A DNA stretch of 64,000 nucleotides. Source: Candidatus Woesebacteria bacterium. Its GTDB lineage: Bacteria; Patescibacteriota; Microgenomatia; UBA1400; MFAQ01. Every line of letters begins with the position of its first letter. Positions within the stretch are counted from its first letter, which is position 1. Location: positions 446,218-510,217 of the forward strand of contig DAOORK010000001.1 of NCBI GenBank assembly GCA_035389185.1, in the 5' to 3' direction. Below the pieces are notes generated by a model, which was given only the letters and a program-made list of their open reading frames with translations, made no database searches and was not told the origin of the DNA. Both the position numbers and the translations under genes were made by a program. This document shows, piece by piece, positions 19,026 to 31,300 of the stretch.

Positions 19026-21146
19026 TTATGCCGGATTTTTCAATAACTTCGCGGCTAGACTGTTTGGTAACTCTTGATAGTGACTGGGTTCCATGTAGTA
19101 AGAAGCACGTCCAGCAGTAAGTGAGCGAATAGCGGTTGAGTAAGCGGAGAGCTCGGAGAGAGGAACTTCAGCGGTAATGACACGAGCATTTCCTCGCTGG
19201 GTTGTTCCACCAATTTGAGCACGGCGAGAGGATAGATCACCGATAATGTCACCCATGTTGGCTTCCGGAGTGGTTACTTCGACCTTCATAATAGGTTCAA
19301 GAACTACAGGACCGGCATTCTTGACAGCATCTTGAAGAGCCATGGATCCAGCAATCTTGAAGGACATTTCGGAAGAGTCAACTTCGTGGTAGGAACCATC
19401 GACAACAGCGACATCGAGATCAACCATGGGGAAACCGGCAATAATACCGTTATCAAGCGCTTCGCGGACACCTTTTTCGATAGGACTAATGAATTCTTTG
19501 GGAATGGATCCTCCAACAATTTTATTGGTAAAGGTGAAACCTTCGCCACGAGATTTAGGAGTAACGACCAAAACGGCGTGACCATACTGACCGCGACCAC
19601 CGGATTGACGAATGTATTTTCCTTCACCTCTGGCCTCTTTGGTAATGGTTTCACGGTAAGCGACTTGAGGAGCACCGGTAGTAGCGTCGACTTTAAATTC
19701 ACGACGAAGACGGTCGACCAGGATTTCTAGGTGAAGCTCGCCCATACCGGAGATAACGGTTTGACCAGTTTCTTGGTTGGTTTTGATCTTGAAAGTTGGA
19801 TCTTCTTCGGCAAGACGACCTAAAGCAAGATCGAGTTTTTCCTGATCAGCTTTGGTTTTTGGCTCAATAGCAAGAGAGATAACTGGATCTGGGAACTCGA
19901 TAGATTCGAGAACTATTGGATGACCTTCATCACAAAGAGTGTCACCTGTTTTGGTAGCTCTAAGACCCACAACGCCTACGATTTCTCCTGCACCGACTTC
20001 GGGAATTTCTTCACGAGAGTTTGCGTGCATGAGCATTAAGCGTCCAATACGTTCTTTTTCTGCTTTACTGGCATTGTAAACATAAGAACCGGCTGAGATC
20101 TTGCCAGAGTAAACACGAACATAGGTGAGTTTACCGACATGGGGATCAGCCTGAATCTTGAAGGCTAGACCAGAAAAGGGTTCAGCCGGATCAGGTTTGC
20201 GAACTTCAGGTTCGTTAGTTTTGGGGTTTGTGCCTTGGGTATCTTCGATATCTAAAGGTGAAGGAAGGAAGTCAACAACAGCGTCGAGGACCGGCTGAAC
20301 ACCTTTGTTGCGAAGACATGAACCAGGGAAAACAGGAACTATGAGGTTGCCTATTGTGGCAACACGAAGAGCAGTTTTGAGTTCAGAGATAGAGAGTTCC
20401 TCGCCATTGAGGTATTTCTCCATCAATTTTTCATCGTTTTCAACAATAGACTCAATAAGCTTGGCGCGTTCGGATTCACATTGATCAGCTATGTCGGATG
20501 GGAAGCCTTCAAGAATATCGTATTTTGCACCAGTTTCGTCTCCCTGCCAGATAAGATGTTTCTTTTCGAGCAGAAGGGCGATACCTTTAAAGGTATTTTC
20601 AACACCGATAGGAAGAGCCATGATGGCTGTCTTGGCTCCAAGTTTTTCGTGGACGTCTTTAATGGTAGCCATAAAATCAGCACCCAAAACGTCCATTTTG
20701 TTGATTAGAGCGATACGAGGAACTTTGTATTTGTCAGCCTGACGCCAAACAGTTTCAGTTTGAGACTGAACACCGGAACCGGCATCAAGAACGATAATAC
20801 CGCCATCAAGAACACGCAAGGAACGCTCAACTTCAGCAGTGAAGTCAACGTGCCCTGGAGTATCGATAATGTTGAAACGGCATTCCTCTTTGAGATTAGA
20901 ATCAGGAAGAACAGGGGTCCAGAAAGTGGTGGTTGCGGCGGAAACGATAGTGATACCACGCTCACGTTCTTGGTCCATCCAGTCCATTTGGGTGTCACCC
21001 TCGTCGATGTCACCGATTTTGTATGTTTTGCCGGTATAGAAAAGAATACGTTCTGTGGTAGTAGTTTTACCAGCATCGATATGGGCGATAATACCAATAT
21101 TTCTCACACGACTGAGAGGGATTTGTTTCGAGACGGCTGCAGCCAT
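19026..21146 (-). CDS. fusA: Elongation factor G
   Basis: [45 protein letters not shown]. Confidence 0.99.
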   Translation of the reverse strand: MAAAVSKQIPLSRVRNIGIIAHIDAGKTTTTERILFYTGKTYKIGDIDEGDTQMDWMDQERERGITIVSAATTTFWTPVLPDSNLKEECRFNIIDTPGHVDFTAEVERSLRVLDGGIIVLDAGSGVQSQTETVWRQADKYKVPRIALINKMDVLGADFMATIKDVHEKLGAKTAIMALPIGVENTFKGIALLLEKKHLIWQGDETGAKYDILEGFPSDIADQCESERAKLIESIVENDEKLMEKYLNGEELSISELKTALRVATIGNLIVPVFPGSCLRNKGVQPVLDAVVDFLPSPLDIEDTQGTNPKTNEPEVRKPDPAEPFSGLAFKIQADPHVGKLTYVRVYSGKISAGSYVYNASKAEKERIGRLMLMHANSREEIPEVGAGEIVGVVGLRATKTGDTLCDEGHPIVLESIEFPDPVISLAIEPKTKADQEKLDLALGRLAEEDPTFKIKTNQETGQTVISGMGELHLEILVDRLRREFKVDATTGAPQVAYRETITKEARGEGKYIRQSGGRGQYGHAVLVVTPKSRGEGFTFTNKIVGGSIPKEFISPIEKGVREALDNGIIAGFPMVDLDVAVVDGSYHEVDSSEMSFKIAGSMALQDAVKNAGPVVLEPIMKVEVTTPEANMGDIIGDLSSRRAQIGGTTQRGNARVITAEVPLSELSAYSTAIRSLTAGRASYYMEPSHYQELPNSLAAKLLKNPA

Positions 21147-21267
21147 ACTTTTTTTATAGTTTGATCAATAATAATATTTGCCCTTCGAGTACGGAGGACG
21201 AGACGAGGAAAATAGGTCCAAAAACAGGACATAATTTCACGAGCTTAATTGTACCACAGCAGGATGG

Positions 21268-23325
21268 TTATTTACGATGGAAATGCCTTTTACCTTTTGA
21301 GTGATGATGACTTTCGGGGTAAGAGGATTGAACCTGACGATAGAAATCCGGAGCAATTTCTTTTAGCCAACTTCGTTTGATCTCGAGACAGTTACAGGCA
21401 AAAGTTTTGCCACGAGGGCTGATAAAGATTTCATTGGAAATAATTAGAGAACCTTTAGCAGGGAGACGATGGAACAGGATTGATCCCGGATGCACGAAAA
21501 TATTATTCTTTGTATCGTCGATTTTACGGAATGATGATCGGCCGACACTTTGCATAAGATTGCCAAGGAGACCGGCGGCAATAGCTTTGCCCAAAGAGTT
21601 TTTATCGATAAAGTTCGAAAGGTGCACATCAAAAGTAATGTCATGAGCTTCGAGAACATCGAGAATATCTTGGCGTACATTTCTAGCTTCTGCGAGGGCT
21701 TTTTCGTTAAGATAATTTTTCTTGGCCCAGGTATCACTAAAGTCACTTTTTTCGTAGCTTTTCCAAACATTAAGTAAGATATCGAAGTCCGACTCGGCAT
21801 CTTTTTGGAACTTGTGATGAGCTCTGTCTGCATCCAGCTGAAGTTCCTCTTCCGAAGGTCTGACAAAAATGTTTTTGCCGTCAAGGAAGGAAGCGATGAT
21901 AGTAACAGCATTTACGCACTGAAGGTCGGATTTTAGGGCTTCAATGATCATGCGGCCCAGATGAGGTTCAAGACTAAGTTCAACTAACCACTCGCCGACC
22001 TCAGTAAGCTGGCCATTGTCATCAAGGGCACCTAGAGTATTAAGGCTCTTCAGGGCTTGTCTAATAGCTTCCTTTCCAGGGTGATCTAAAAAGTCGAAAC
22101 CTTCAATGTCGCGGATACCAACCTTCTTCATGGCCAGTATAACCTGAGCCAGATTTGAGCGTTGAATCTCTGGAGTAGGAAAAAGAGGTCGCCTTTTGAG
22201 GCTATCTTCAGAAAATAAACGGTAACAGTAACCCGGAGCGGTACGACCGGCTCGGCCTTTTCGCTGTTCTAGACCACTGAGAGCATGTTCTGTCAGGATG
22301 AGCTGTTCCGTGCCTGATCGGGGGTTAAATTGATTTTGTTTGATTAACCCAGAATCGATGACATGGATGATACCGTCGATGGTGATCGAAGTTTCGGCAA
22401 TGTTGGTGGCAACAATAATCTTGCGTTTATCCATGGGCTCAAAAATACGATCTTGGTCTTCGGGCTGCATTTCAGAATGGAGTGGAATAAGCTCAATATC
22501 CTTTTCACCTACTAGAGAGGTTATCTTTTCGACGGTGTCGGCAATCTCCTGTTTCCCAGGCATGAAGATGAGAATATCGCCGTCCAGGTGTCGATCAATA
22601 ATTGACTTAACTTTTTCGGCAGCACCTTGGGTGAAGTCATAGTTGAAGGACACTTCATCTTCATAAGAAACCTGAACCGGAAATACTTTCCCTTCAATAG
22701 CCACGGAGTTTTCTTGATCACCATTGCCAATGTAGGATGCAAAGCGATTTCTCTCTATAGTGGCTGAAGTAATAACAACACGAACCTGGTCAAGACCTGA
22801 TTGCTGGCGGCGTTTATTGACATCTTTAAGGAGACCAAGACAAAGATCAATGTTGAGGCTGCGTTCGTGGGCTTCATCAATCATGACAACGGAGTATTCC
22901 GTGAGAAGAGGATCAAACTGGATTTTTCGAAGAAGAATACCATCGGTCATGAAAGTAATGTCGGTTTGGGGGTTGGTGATATTTTCGAAGCGAACGTGAT
23001 AACCAACTTGATCACCAACTTCTGACTCCATCATACCGGCGACACGTTCGGTAATGCTCTTTGTCGCGACACGACGAGGTTGAGTAACAGCAATACCACC
23101 CTCGAGTCCAAGTTCATCACGAAGTTCGAGAAGAAGCGGGGGCAAACAGGTGGTTTTGCCCGAGCCGGTTTCACCAATTAGGACAAAGTTAGAATGAAGA
23201 CGGATTTCCTGACGAAGGTGTTCTCGAAGTTGGACTACGGGGAGATTATCAAGATCTAAAAAAGCATATTCCGAGGATCGGTTACCACAAGTTTTTTCTG
23301 GTTGTTTTTGATTAGTTTCGACCAT
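21268..23325 (-). CDS. DEAH/RHA-family ATP-dependent RNA helicase (HrpA/HrpB-like core)
   Basis: GETGSGKTT, TQPRRVA, MTDGILLR, DEAHER, SAT, ATNIAETSITI, QRKGRAGR. Confidence 0.93.
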   Translation of the reverse strand: MVETNQKQPEKTCGNRSSEYAFLDLDNLPVVQLREHLRQEIRLHSNFVLIGETGSGKTTCLPPLLLELRDELGLEGGIAVTQPRRVATKSITERVAGMMESEVGDQVGYHVRFENITNPQTDITFMTDGILLRKIQFDPLLTEYSVVMIDEAHERSLNIDLCLGLLKDVNKRRQQSGLDQVRVVITSATIERNRFASYIGNGDQENSVAIEGKVFPVQVSYEDEVSFNYDFTQGAAEKVKSIIDRHLDGDILIFMPGKQEIADTVEKITSLVGEKDIELIPLHSEMQPEDQDRIFEPMDKRKIIVATNIAETSITIDGIIHVIDSGLIKQNQFNPRSGTEQLILTEHALSGLEQRKGRAGRTAPGYCYRLFSEDSLKRRPLFPTPEIQRSNLAQVILAMKKVGIRDIEGFDFLDHPGKEAIRQALKSLNTLGALDDNGQLTEVGEWLVELSLEPHLGRMIIEALKSDLQCVNAVTIIASFLDGKNIFVRPSEEELQLDADRAHHKFQKDAESDFDILLNVWKSYEKSDFSDTWAKKNYLNEKALAEARNVRQDILDVLEAHDITFDVHLSNFIDKNSLGKAIAAGLLGNLMQSVGRSSFRKIDDTKNNIFVHPGSILFHRLPAKGSLIISNEIFISPRGKTFACNCLEIKRSWLKEIAPDFYRQVQSSYPESHHHSKGKRHFHRK

Positions 23326-23423
23326 ATGAGCTGAGCAAGATTAACACAGTTATGGCCAAATGAGTATAAGGAAAACAAAAATACAGGGGGCTTAACTAAA
23401 AGTTGGATGTTTGCGCAATTTAC

Positions 23424-23447
23424 AAAAAAGAGCGCCGTGAGGCGCTC
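23424..23447 (-). terminator. Intrinsic terminator of small ORF 23458..23607
   Basis: GAGCGCC-TCAC-GGCGCTC-TTTTTT. Confidence 0.8.
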
Positions 23448-23457
23448 GGGGGGTAGA

Positions 23458-23607
23458 CTATTCTGGTTCGGAAGGGGGTGGAGAATCGTCGGTGTGGAAG
23501 TGTATAAGTTCTTCCGTGGTGATGTCCCGAGGTTTCTCCGGTTTCCGAGGATCGGAGTTTCCAGAGGGTGGCGATTGAAGATTCCCTAAATTATTTTGAT
23601 CGGTCAA
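23458..23607 (-). CDS. Small Pro-rich protein, 49 aa (not in ORF track; SD-led orphan)
   Basis: TAAGGAGG-5nt-TTG; MTDQNNLGNLQSPPSGNSDPRKPEKPRDITTEELIHFHTDDSPPPSEPE*; lies between a -10 box and a terminator. Confidence 0.65.
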   Translation of the reverse strand: MTDQNNLGNLQSPPSGNSDPRKPEKPRDITTEELIHFHTDDSPPPSEPE

Positions 23608-23611
23608 TTAC

Positions 23612-23643
23612 TCCTCCTTAAAGTGCGTGGTGGGCATATTTTA
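23612..23643 (-). promoter_or_regulatory. -10 box, boxA-like element and SD of the 49-aa ORF
   Basis: TAAAAT (23638-23643) ATGCCCACCAC-GCACTTT-AAGGAGGA. Confidence 0.65.
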
Positions 23644-23647
23644 CAAC

Positions 23648-23674
23648 AAAAAGTCCCCTATCAGGGGACTTTTT
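23648..23674 (-). terminator. Intrinsic (bidirectional-type) terminator after rpsG
   Basis: AAAAAGTCCCC-TGATA-GGGGACTTTTT. Confidence 0.85.
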
Positions 23675-23695
23675 GAATTGATTGACAATTTTTAA

Positions 23696-24172
23696 TTACC
23701 AACGGAAGTGAGCGAAGGCTTTATTGGCTTCGGCCATCTTGTGAGTGTCGAGTTTCTTCTTGATAGCTGCACCGGTGTTTTCATGGGCTTCCATGATTTC
23801 GGCTGCAAGTTTGTCGGCTAAGGTTCTTGTGGGGTTGTTGGAACGGGCCTTAGCGGCGGCAATAATCCAACGGATAGCAAGAGTGTCGCGACGCTCGGGA
23901 CGAATGGGAGAAGGTACTTGATATGAAGCACCACCTACACGACGAGAACGAACTTCAATGGTGGGTTTAACGTTTTCGATAGCTTCAGAAAGGTACTCCA
24001 AACCATCCTTACCTGATTGTTCGGCGATAAGTTCGATAGCTTTATAGATTTGTTTGGCAGCGACGGATTTTTTGCCATCGAGCATACAACCGTTGATGAT
24101 TTTGGCAACCAACTGACTACCGTAAATCGGATCGGTTTGTACTTTTTTGGCGGGGGTTTTCTTTGATCTCAT
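23696..24172 (-). CDS. rpsG: 30S ribosomal protein uS7
   Basis: DGKKS.A, EVRSRRVGGA.YQVP, HKMAEANKAFAHFRW. Confidence 0.98.
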   Translation of the reverse strand: MRSKKTPAKKVQTDPIYGSQLVAKIINGCMLDGKKSVAAKQIYKAIELIAEQSGKDGLEYLSEAIENVKPTIEVRSRRVGGASYQVPSPIRPERRDTLAIRWIIAAAKARSNNPTRTLADKLAAEIMEAHENTGAAIKKKLDTHKMAEANKAFAHFRW

Positions 24173-24178
24173 AGGATT

Positions 24179-24595
24179 TTATTTTGCACTGGGGCGTTTG
24201 GTACCGTATTTGCTACGACTGGTACGGCGTTTTTCGATACCGGCGGTATCGAGTTTGCCACGAATAATATGGTATTTGACACCAGGTAGATCACGAACGC
24301 GGCCACCACGAATCAAAACAATACTGTGTTCGGCCAAGTTGTGGCCCTCACCCATGATGTAGGCGGTGACTTCTTGTTTGTTAGAAAGTCTCACACGAGC
24401 AATTTTACGAAGCGCGGAGTTTGGCTTCTTGGGGGTCATAGTTTTGACCTGAAGACAAACACCAGCCTTTTGAGGAGACTGGGTCTCCACCATGCGACGT
24501 TTAACGGAGTTGAAACTCTTGCGAAGTGCAGTAGTTTTGACTTTTGTGGCAGTACTATGACGGCCCTTCTTGATTAATTGATTAGTTGTAGGCAT
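24179..24595 (-). CDS. rpsL: 30S ribosomal protein uS12
   Basis: [26 protein letters not shown]. Confidence 0.98.
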   Translation of the reverse strand: MPTTNQLIKKGRHSTATKVKTTALRKSFNSVKRRMVETQSPQKAGVCLQVKTMTPKKPNSALRKIARVRLSNKQEVTAYIMGEGHNLAEHSIVLIRGGRVRDLPGVKYHIIRGKLDTAGIEKRRTSRSKYGTKRPSAK

Positions 24596-24612
24596 AACAG
24601 GCGTATATTTTA

Positions 24613-27600
24613 TCAGATGTTCTCGATTTTTGCTCTCAGCTTACTGGTAGGCACCAAGCGACCGATAATAACGTTTTCCTTCATACCGATGAGGTGATCA
24701 ATTTTCCCTTGAACAGCGGCGTCGGTGAGAACGGAAGTGGTGTCTTGGAAAGAAGCGGCGGAGAGCCAAGAATCAGTGTGAAGTGCAGCTCTAATAGCAC
24801 CAAGAATCAAATTCGTGGCTGTGGCTGGTTCACCACCCTCGGCGATGACGGCTTCGTTGGCCATCTCATAAGCACCACGACTGATTACGTCTCCAGCAAC
24901 TAGAGCAGTGTCTCCGACAGAGTCGATGCGAACATAATCGCACATCTTGCGGATGACAACTTCAAAGTGTTTGTCGTGAATACTAATACCTTGGGATTCA
25001 TAGATCGACTGGATCTCACTAATGAGATAGTTTTGGGTGGCTCGTAAACCTTTGATTCTGAGGAGTTCTTTGATGTCCAGTCCTCCGGAAGAAAGTGGAG
25101 TACCGACAGAAACGAGATCGCCATCAGATACTTTGAGGGTCATAGCAAGAGGTACGAGATACTCTTTACGATCTTCCTTGGTTTTACCTGTAGGAGTAAT
25201 CGTAACGAGATTACCATTATCTGTCTCAACCACTTTAACCTTGCCAGATACTTCCGAGAGAGGAGCAACAAGTTTGGGAGTACGTACTTCAAGAAGTTCT
25301 GTCACACGGGGAAGACCTTGGGTAACGTCTGTTCCGCCAGCAGCACCTCCTGAGTGTTTGGTACGCATGGTTAACTGAGTACCAGGCTCACCGATGGATT
25401 GAGCGGCAACGATACCTACCGGATCACCAATGATGGCAGTCTTGTTGGAAGCGGCGTTGTGACCATAACACTTGGTACAGAGACCGAAGCGTAGCTTACA
25501 GGTGATAGGAGATCTTACTTCGACTTCTTTGACACCGTCGTTTTCGATAATGGCGGCTATTTCTTCGGTGATCATTTCACCGGCGTCGACTAGGACTTTC
25601 TTGGTTTTGGGAGAAACGACTTTCTTGGCCGCAAAACGATGAACAATGCGCTTACCGAAAATTTTGGTGCGTTCTTCTGCAGAAATAGTGATGAACTCAT
25701 CGGTACCACAGTCTTCGGCACGAATAATAGCGTCATGACTGACGTCGACTAAACGACGAGTAAGATAACCAGCGTCGGCGGTACGTAAAGCAGTATCTGT
25801 CAGACCTTTACGAGAACCTCTAATGGAAGTAACGTACTCGAAGATAGAAAGACCTTCGCGGAAGTTACCCTTAATAGGAAGTTCGATCAAGTTACCTAGA
25901 GGATCAGCAATAAGTCCACGCATAGCGGAAAGCTGTTCGATGGAGTTTTTGGTGACACGACCAGAAGCGGAGTCAATGACTAAACGAATAGGATTGGTCT
26001 TGGAGAAGGTTGCCCAGGTCTTTTCAGCCAGATCAGCAGCGGTTTCGCGCCACATATTGATGGTAAGTTTGCTTCTTTCACTATCAGTGATTAAACCAAG
26101 CTTGTAGTTGTCCTCAATCTCAGCCGCTTTTTTGTTTCCTGCAGCAATAACTTCAGCTTTTTGACCGTATGTTTCGTTATCGGAGATGGCGAAACTGAAA
26201 CTACTGACTGTTGCGTACTCGAAACCAATGTTTTTGACAGCATCGATGAGTTTGACGACACGTTTGGTATCACAAGTTTTGATAGCACGAGCAAACAAAT
26301 TGGACATATCCTTACCGGTGTAACTCTTATTTTGGAACTCCCATTCTTCGGGGAGAATCTGATTGAAGATGATACGACCCACAGTGGTCTCGACCAATTC
26401 AACGTTTTTGGGGTTTAGGCGAACGCTGATGGGTTGTCTGACGGCAATGATCTTATTTTCATAGGCAGTAATAGCCTCAGCGGCACTACCAAATGGATAA
26501 GGATAGATTGAAAGGGTTTCGTCGATAGAAGTTAGGTAATAGACACCAACGGCCATTTCTTTACGGGAAGGAATGTTGACACTTTGTCCGGATGAAGGTT
26601 TAAGAAGGTTGAACTGAGGCAACATGTATTTCTTGGCCTCGCGAATAGCTTTTTTGGTTAGTGGCACATGGACGGCCATTTGGTCTCCATCAAAGTCAGC
26701 GTTAAAACCTTCACAAACAACCGGGTGTAAACGAATAGCAGACCCATCAACAAGAACGGGCATGAAAGCCAAAATAGAGAGCTTGTGGAGTGTAGGAGCA
26801 CGGTTTAAAAGGATGGGGTGTTTCTTGGTAATTCTTTCCAAGATATCAAAAACCTCAGGCTGACGTTTTTCTATCAAAGCTTTGGCGGCTTTGACGTTGG
26901 GAGCAAGATCTTGCTTGATGATCTCATGAAGAACGAAGGGCTTGAACATTTCAAGAGCCATGTCTTTGGGAAGACCACACTGATTTAACTTAAGCTCAGG
27001 ACCAACGACGATAACGGAACGACCCGAGTAATCGACACGTTTACCCAAAAGATTTTGGCGGAAACGACCCTGTTTACCTCTAAGCATGTCAGAAAGGGAT
27101 TTGAGGGTTTTGCCGGTACGGGAACGACGAGTGGAACGAGCTTGAGAGGAGTCGATAAGGGAGTCAACTGCTTCCTGAAGCATGCGTTTCTCGTTTCTTA
27201 AAATAATCTCAGGAGCACCAAGGTCGATCAAATGTTTCAAACGATTATTACGATTGATAACACGACGATAAAGGTCATTTAGATCTGAGGCCGCAAAGCG
27301 TCCACCAGAAAGCTGCACCATTGGACGAAGGTCAGGAGGAATAACCGGAAGCACAGAAAGAACCATCCATTCCGGTTTTACTTTGGAGTCTAGTAAACCG
27401 CGAACAACTTGAAGACGCTTGGTGGCTCTGAGACGTTTGGCTTCGGAGTTACTGTTGGCATCTTCTTTTAACTGAGCTGAAAGTTCTTCAAGATTGATCT
27501 TTTGAAGAGCTTCAAGAATAGCTTCTGATCCCATCCCGGCGGTTAACCAGTCAGTGAGGTCATATTCAGCCAGTTTGGCGTATTCAGAGTCAGAAAGTAA

Positions 27601-28323
27601 AGAATTAACCTGAATTTTTTCAATGACCGAACTAAGCTTGTTATAGATTTCTTCGGTATAGGCAAACTCAACAACCATTTGTTCTCTGAGAGAAGCAATT
27701 TTTTGCTTAGTTTTTTGTTTGAGGTCCTCGGACTTGATTTCCAGTTCGTCTTTTGCCTTGGTCTTTTTCTTAACATCTTTAAGTTCTTGGAGACCTTCTT
27801 TTTTGACGTCTTCGATCTGTTTATCAAAGTTATCTCGAACCTCGTCTAGCTTAGCTTCTTTTTGAGTAGTAATACCCTTTTGGGCTTCTTCACGTTTATC
27901 TTCATCGACAGCCATAACGAGATATTTACTGAAGTAAATGACAGAAGTTAGAGCTTTGGGGGAGATATCCAGAAGAAGAGAGAGTTTTGAAGGGGCTCCT
28001 TTGAAGAACCAAACGTGGGCAACAGGAGCGGCGAGCTCAAGATGACCCATACGTTCACGTCTGACGCGACTTAGGGTAACCTCAACTCCACACTTGTCAC
28101 AGACAATACCTTTGAAACGGACACGTTTGTACTTACCACAGTAACATTCCCAGTCTTTGACAGGTCCAAAAATTCTTTCACAGAAAAGACCGTCTTTTTC
28201 AGGTTTCTGAGTACGGTAGTTAATGGTTTCAGGTTTGGTAACTAAACCATGAGACCATTTGCGAACGTCTTCTGGACTGGCTAGTCTGATTTGTAAACCG
28301 GAGAAATCGACAATGTTGTTCAT
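24613..28323 (-). CDS. rpoC: RNA polymerase beta' subunit
   Basis: [40 protein letters not shown]. Confidence 0.99.
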   Translation of the reverse strand: MNNIVDFSGLQIRLASPEDVRKWSHGLVTKPETINYRTQKPEKDGLFCERIFGPVKDWECYCGKYKRVRFKGIVCDKCGVEVTLSRVRRERMGHLELAAPVAHVWFFKGAPSKLSLLLDISPKALTSVIYFSKYLVMAVDEDKREEAQKGITTQKEAKLDEVRDNFDKQIEDVKKEGLQELKDVKKKTKAKDELEIKSEDLKQKTKQKIASLREQMVVEFAYTEEIYNKLSSVIEKIQVNSLLSDSEYAKLAEYDLTDWLTAGMGSEAILEALQKINLEELSAQLKEDANSNSEAKRLRATKRLQVVRGLLDSKVKPEWMVLSVLPVIPPDLRPMVQLSGGRFAASDLNDLYRRVINRNNRLKHLIDLGAPEIILRNEKRMLQEAVDSLIDSSQARSTRRSRTGKTLKSLSDMLRGKQGRFRQNLLGKRVDYSGRSVIVVGPELKLNQCGLPKDMALEMFKPFVLHEIIKQDLAPNVKAAKALIEKRQPEVFDILERITKKHPILLNRAPTLHKLSILAFMPVLVDGSAIRLHPVVCEGFNADFDGDQMAVHVPLTKKAIREAKKYMLPQFNLLKPSSGQSVNIPSRKEMAVGVYYLTSIDETLSIYPYPFGSAAEAITAYENKIIAVRQPISVRLNPKNVELVETTVGRIIFNQILPEEWEFQNKSYTGKDMSNLFARAIKTCDTKRVVKLIDAVKNIGFEYATVSSFSFAISDNETYGQKAEVIAAGNKKAAEIEDNYKLGLITDSERSKLTINMWRETAADLAEKTWATFSKTNPIRLVIDSASGRVTKNSIEQLSAMRGLIADPLGNLIELPIKGNFREGLSIFEYVTSIRGSRKGLTDTALRTADAGYLTRRLVDVSHDAIIRAEDCGTDEFITISAEERTKIFGKRIVHRFAAKKVVSPKTKKVLVDAGEMITEEIAAIIENDGVKEVEVRSPITCKLRFGLCTKCYGHNAASNKTAIIGDPVGIVAAQSIGEPGTQLTMRTKHSGGAAGGTDVTQGLPRVTELLEVRTPKLVAPLSEVSGKVKVVETDNGNLVTITPTGKTKEDRKEYLVPLAMTLKVSDGDLVSVGTPLSSGGLDIKELLRIKGLRATQNYLISEIQSIYESQGISIHDKHFEVVIRKMCDYVRIDSVGDTALVAGDVISRGAYEMANEAVIAEGGEPATATNLILGAIRAALHTDSWLSAASFQDTTSVLTDAAVQGKIDHLIGMKENVIIGRLVPTSKLRAKIENI

Positions 28324-28332
28324 AGGTTTTAT

Positions 28333-31300
28333 TTATTCTTCACTTGCGTTGGTAACACCCGCTTCAGCGGCTTCTTCGGAAACTTCTTCCGGTTGTCCTT
28401 CATTTTCTTCTTCCTCGTCTTCGAAGGTAGCAGCTTGGAGTTCTTCACTCATGGCTGTGGCTTCGGAGATCTCTGCCGCAACATCAGGTTTGATGGCGGT
28501 TTGATCTTCCTCAGCAACTTCGACTGAGCCGGTTGGAACGATGGCCAACCCAAGAGAGTTAAGCTCTTTGGTAAGGACTTTGAATGACTCTGGAACAGAA
28601 GACATGGGGATAGTTTCGCCTTTGACAATGGATTCGAAGGCTTTGGAACGGCCAACGACGTCATCAGACTTGATAGTAAGCATTTCTTGGAGTGTGTAGG
28701 CAGCTTTGTGTGCTTCGAGAGCCCAGACTTCCATTTCTCCCAAACGCTGACCACCCATTTGAGCTTTACCTCCAAGAGGTTGCTGAGTAACTAAACTGTA
28801 GGGTCCAATAGAACGAGCATGAGTCTTGTCTTCGACCATGTGATTTAGCTTGATGATGTAGGTTACACCAACGGCAGTTTCTTGATCAAAAGCTTCACCA
28901 GTACGTCCATCGTAGAGCTGGATTTTGCCCGAAACCGGAAGACCTGCTTCTTTGACGACCGAGGCAATCTTGTCTTCGGAAACCGGTTCAAAAACAGGAA
29001 CAGAGAAACGTTTGTTGAGTATGGCACCGGCGAAACCTAGTTCGGCTTCCATAAGCTGACCTAGATTCATACGAGAAAGAACTGAAAGAGGTGAGATGAG
29101 GATGTCCATGGCAGTACCGTCGGCCATGTGAGGCATATCGGCTTGAGAAACAATCTTACTGATGACTCCTTTGTTTCCGTGGCGACCGGCAACTTTGTCA
29201 CCGACAGTGATTTTTCTTAGCTGGGCAACTTTAATTTTGATTTGTTTGATGACACCGGCATCAAGCTCGTCTCCTTCTTCGCGGTTTAGGACGCGAACAG
29301 AGATAATGACTCCCTGCTCACCGTGAGGCATTCGCAGAGAAGTATCACGAACTTCACGGGCTTTCTCACCAAAAATGGCTCGGAGTAAACGCTCTTCAGC
29401 AGTGAGTTCTGTTTCGCCTTTAGGAGCAATTTTGCCAACTAGGATATCGTTGGGACCGACAACGGAACCGATAGCAATGATACCGTCGTTATCGAGGTTT
29501 CTGAGATCAGATTCGGCAACGTTGGGGATATCGCGAGTTAGCTCTTCGGGTCCAAGCTTTGTATCCATAACATCACAAGTGTGTTCGTGGATATGAACAG
29601 AGGACAAGAGATCTTCTTTGACACAGCGATCAGAAACAACGATGGCATCTTCGTAACCAAGACCTTCAAAAGCAGCGTAGCCGATGAGAAGGTTTTGACC
29701 AAGGGCGAGCTCACCATTTTCGGCAGCCGGTCCGTTGATGATGACGTCCCCTTTCTTAACTTTGTCTCCAAGATCAACTAAGGGGTGTTGATTGTAGGAA
29801 GTGTCTTGAGAAGAGTTACTGTATTTGCGAATAGAGTAGGTAACAATATCCTTGTTGACCTCAATAAAACCGTAGTCAAAAGGAGAGATTTTTGAAGCAG
29901 CAATTTTTGCATTTTCGGCAGTAACTTTTAGGGAGATGTGGTCAGCGTCAACGGAGATAACTTCACCGTCGAACAGTGATTTCACAACCCAGCCCATGCC
30001 TTGAGCCACGGAATTTTCCATACCGGTACCGACAATAGGAGCAGATGGTTTAACCAAGGGCAAAGCTTGAGTAAGGTGGTGCGTACCCATAAGAGCACGA
30101 GTACCTTCGTCTTGCTGAATGAAAGGAATTAAGGACGCGGATGTTCCCAAAACCTGTCGAGGGACGACATCAATGTATTGAATAAGATTAACGTCAACTT
30201 CGATATATTTCCCTTGGAAACGAGCAGGGACCCATTTCTGTGTAATAACATTACCATCACGCTCAATACCTGCGTGGGTAATGTAGGCATCTTCCTCATC
30301 ATCGGCAGCGAGATAGATAATTTCTTTACCGATTTGGTAGGTAGATTTTCCTCCTTTGGTGACTTTTTCAACCTTGAGATAAGGAGATTCGAGGAAACCA
30401 AAGTCGTTGATACGAGCGTAAAGCGCAAGATAAGTAACCAAACCAATGTTTGGACCTTCGGGAGATCTTACCGGACAGATACGGGAATACTGAGAAGAGT
30501 GAATATCACGCATGGAGAAACTGGCACGTTCTCTGGTGATACCACCAGGACCCATGACAGAGATACGACGAAGGTTATCAATTTCCGAAAGAGGATTAAC
30601 TTGATCGAGAATTGAAGAAAGTCTGTTGCGGCGGAAGAACTCGGTGATGGCGGAGATAATTGGACGAGGGTTAACGAAAGCAGCCGGAGTTGGAAGCTCA
30701 TCTGGTTTGGCAAGAGACATCTTTTCCTTGATGGAACGTTCGAGTCTTAGAAGTCCTGCTTTGAATGAAGTTTGGTTGACAAGTTCACCAACACAGCGAA
30801 GACGACGATTGGCCAAATGATCAATATCATCAGTTTTTCCTTTACCGTTTTGGAGACTAATCAAATACTTGATTGAACCAACAAAATCATCAACACTTAA
30901 AGTGACGTGTTGTCTGTCAACCGGAGTAGAGATACCGAGTTTACGGTTCATCTTGTAACGACCAACAGTACCAAGATTGTAGCGACGAGAATCGAAGAAC
31001 ATTTGGTGAAGTAAGGCTTTGGCGTTTTCAAGAACGGCAGGTTCTCCAGGACGAACTTTTTGATAGAACTCTAGCAAAGCTTCTTCTGTGTTGGTAGTAG
31101 TGTCTTTTAGAAGCGTGGTAGCGATGTATTGATGATCTTTGTCAGTATCAACCTCGGCAAAGAGAGCGACGATTTCTTCGTTGGTACTGAAACCTAAAGC
31201 ACGAATAAGAGTAGTGGCAGAAATCTTGCGATGACGATCAATACGGACCGAGAGATGATCGTTGCGACTTACCAAAACCTCAAGCCAGGAACCACGCATG

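Noticed and set aside
23407-23589. 60-aa + strand ORF in the ORF track
   Set aside because: Promoter, SD and terminator all point to the - strand 49-aa ORF instead.
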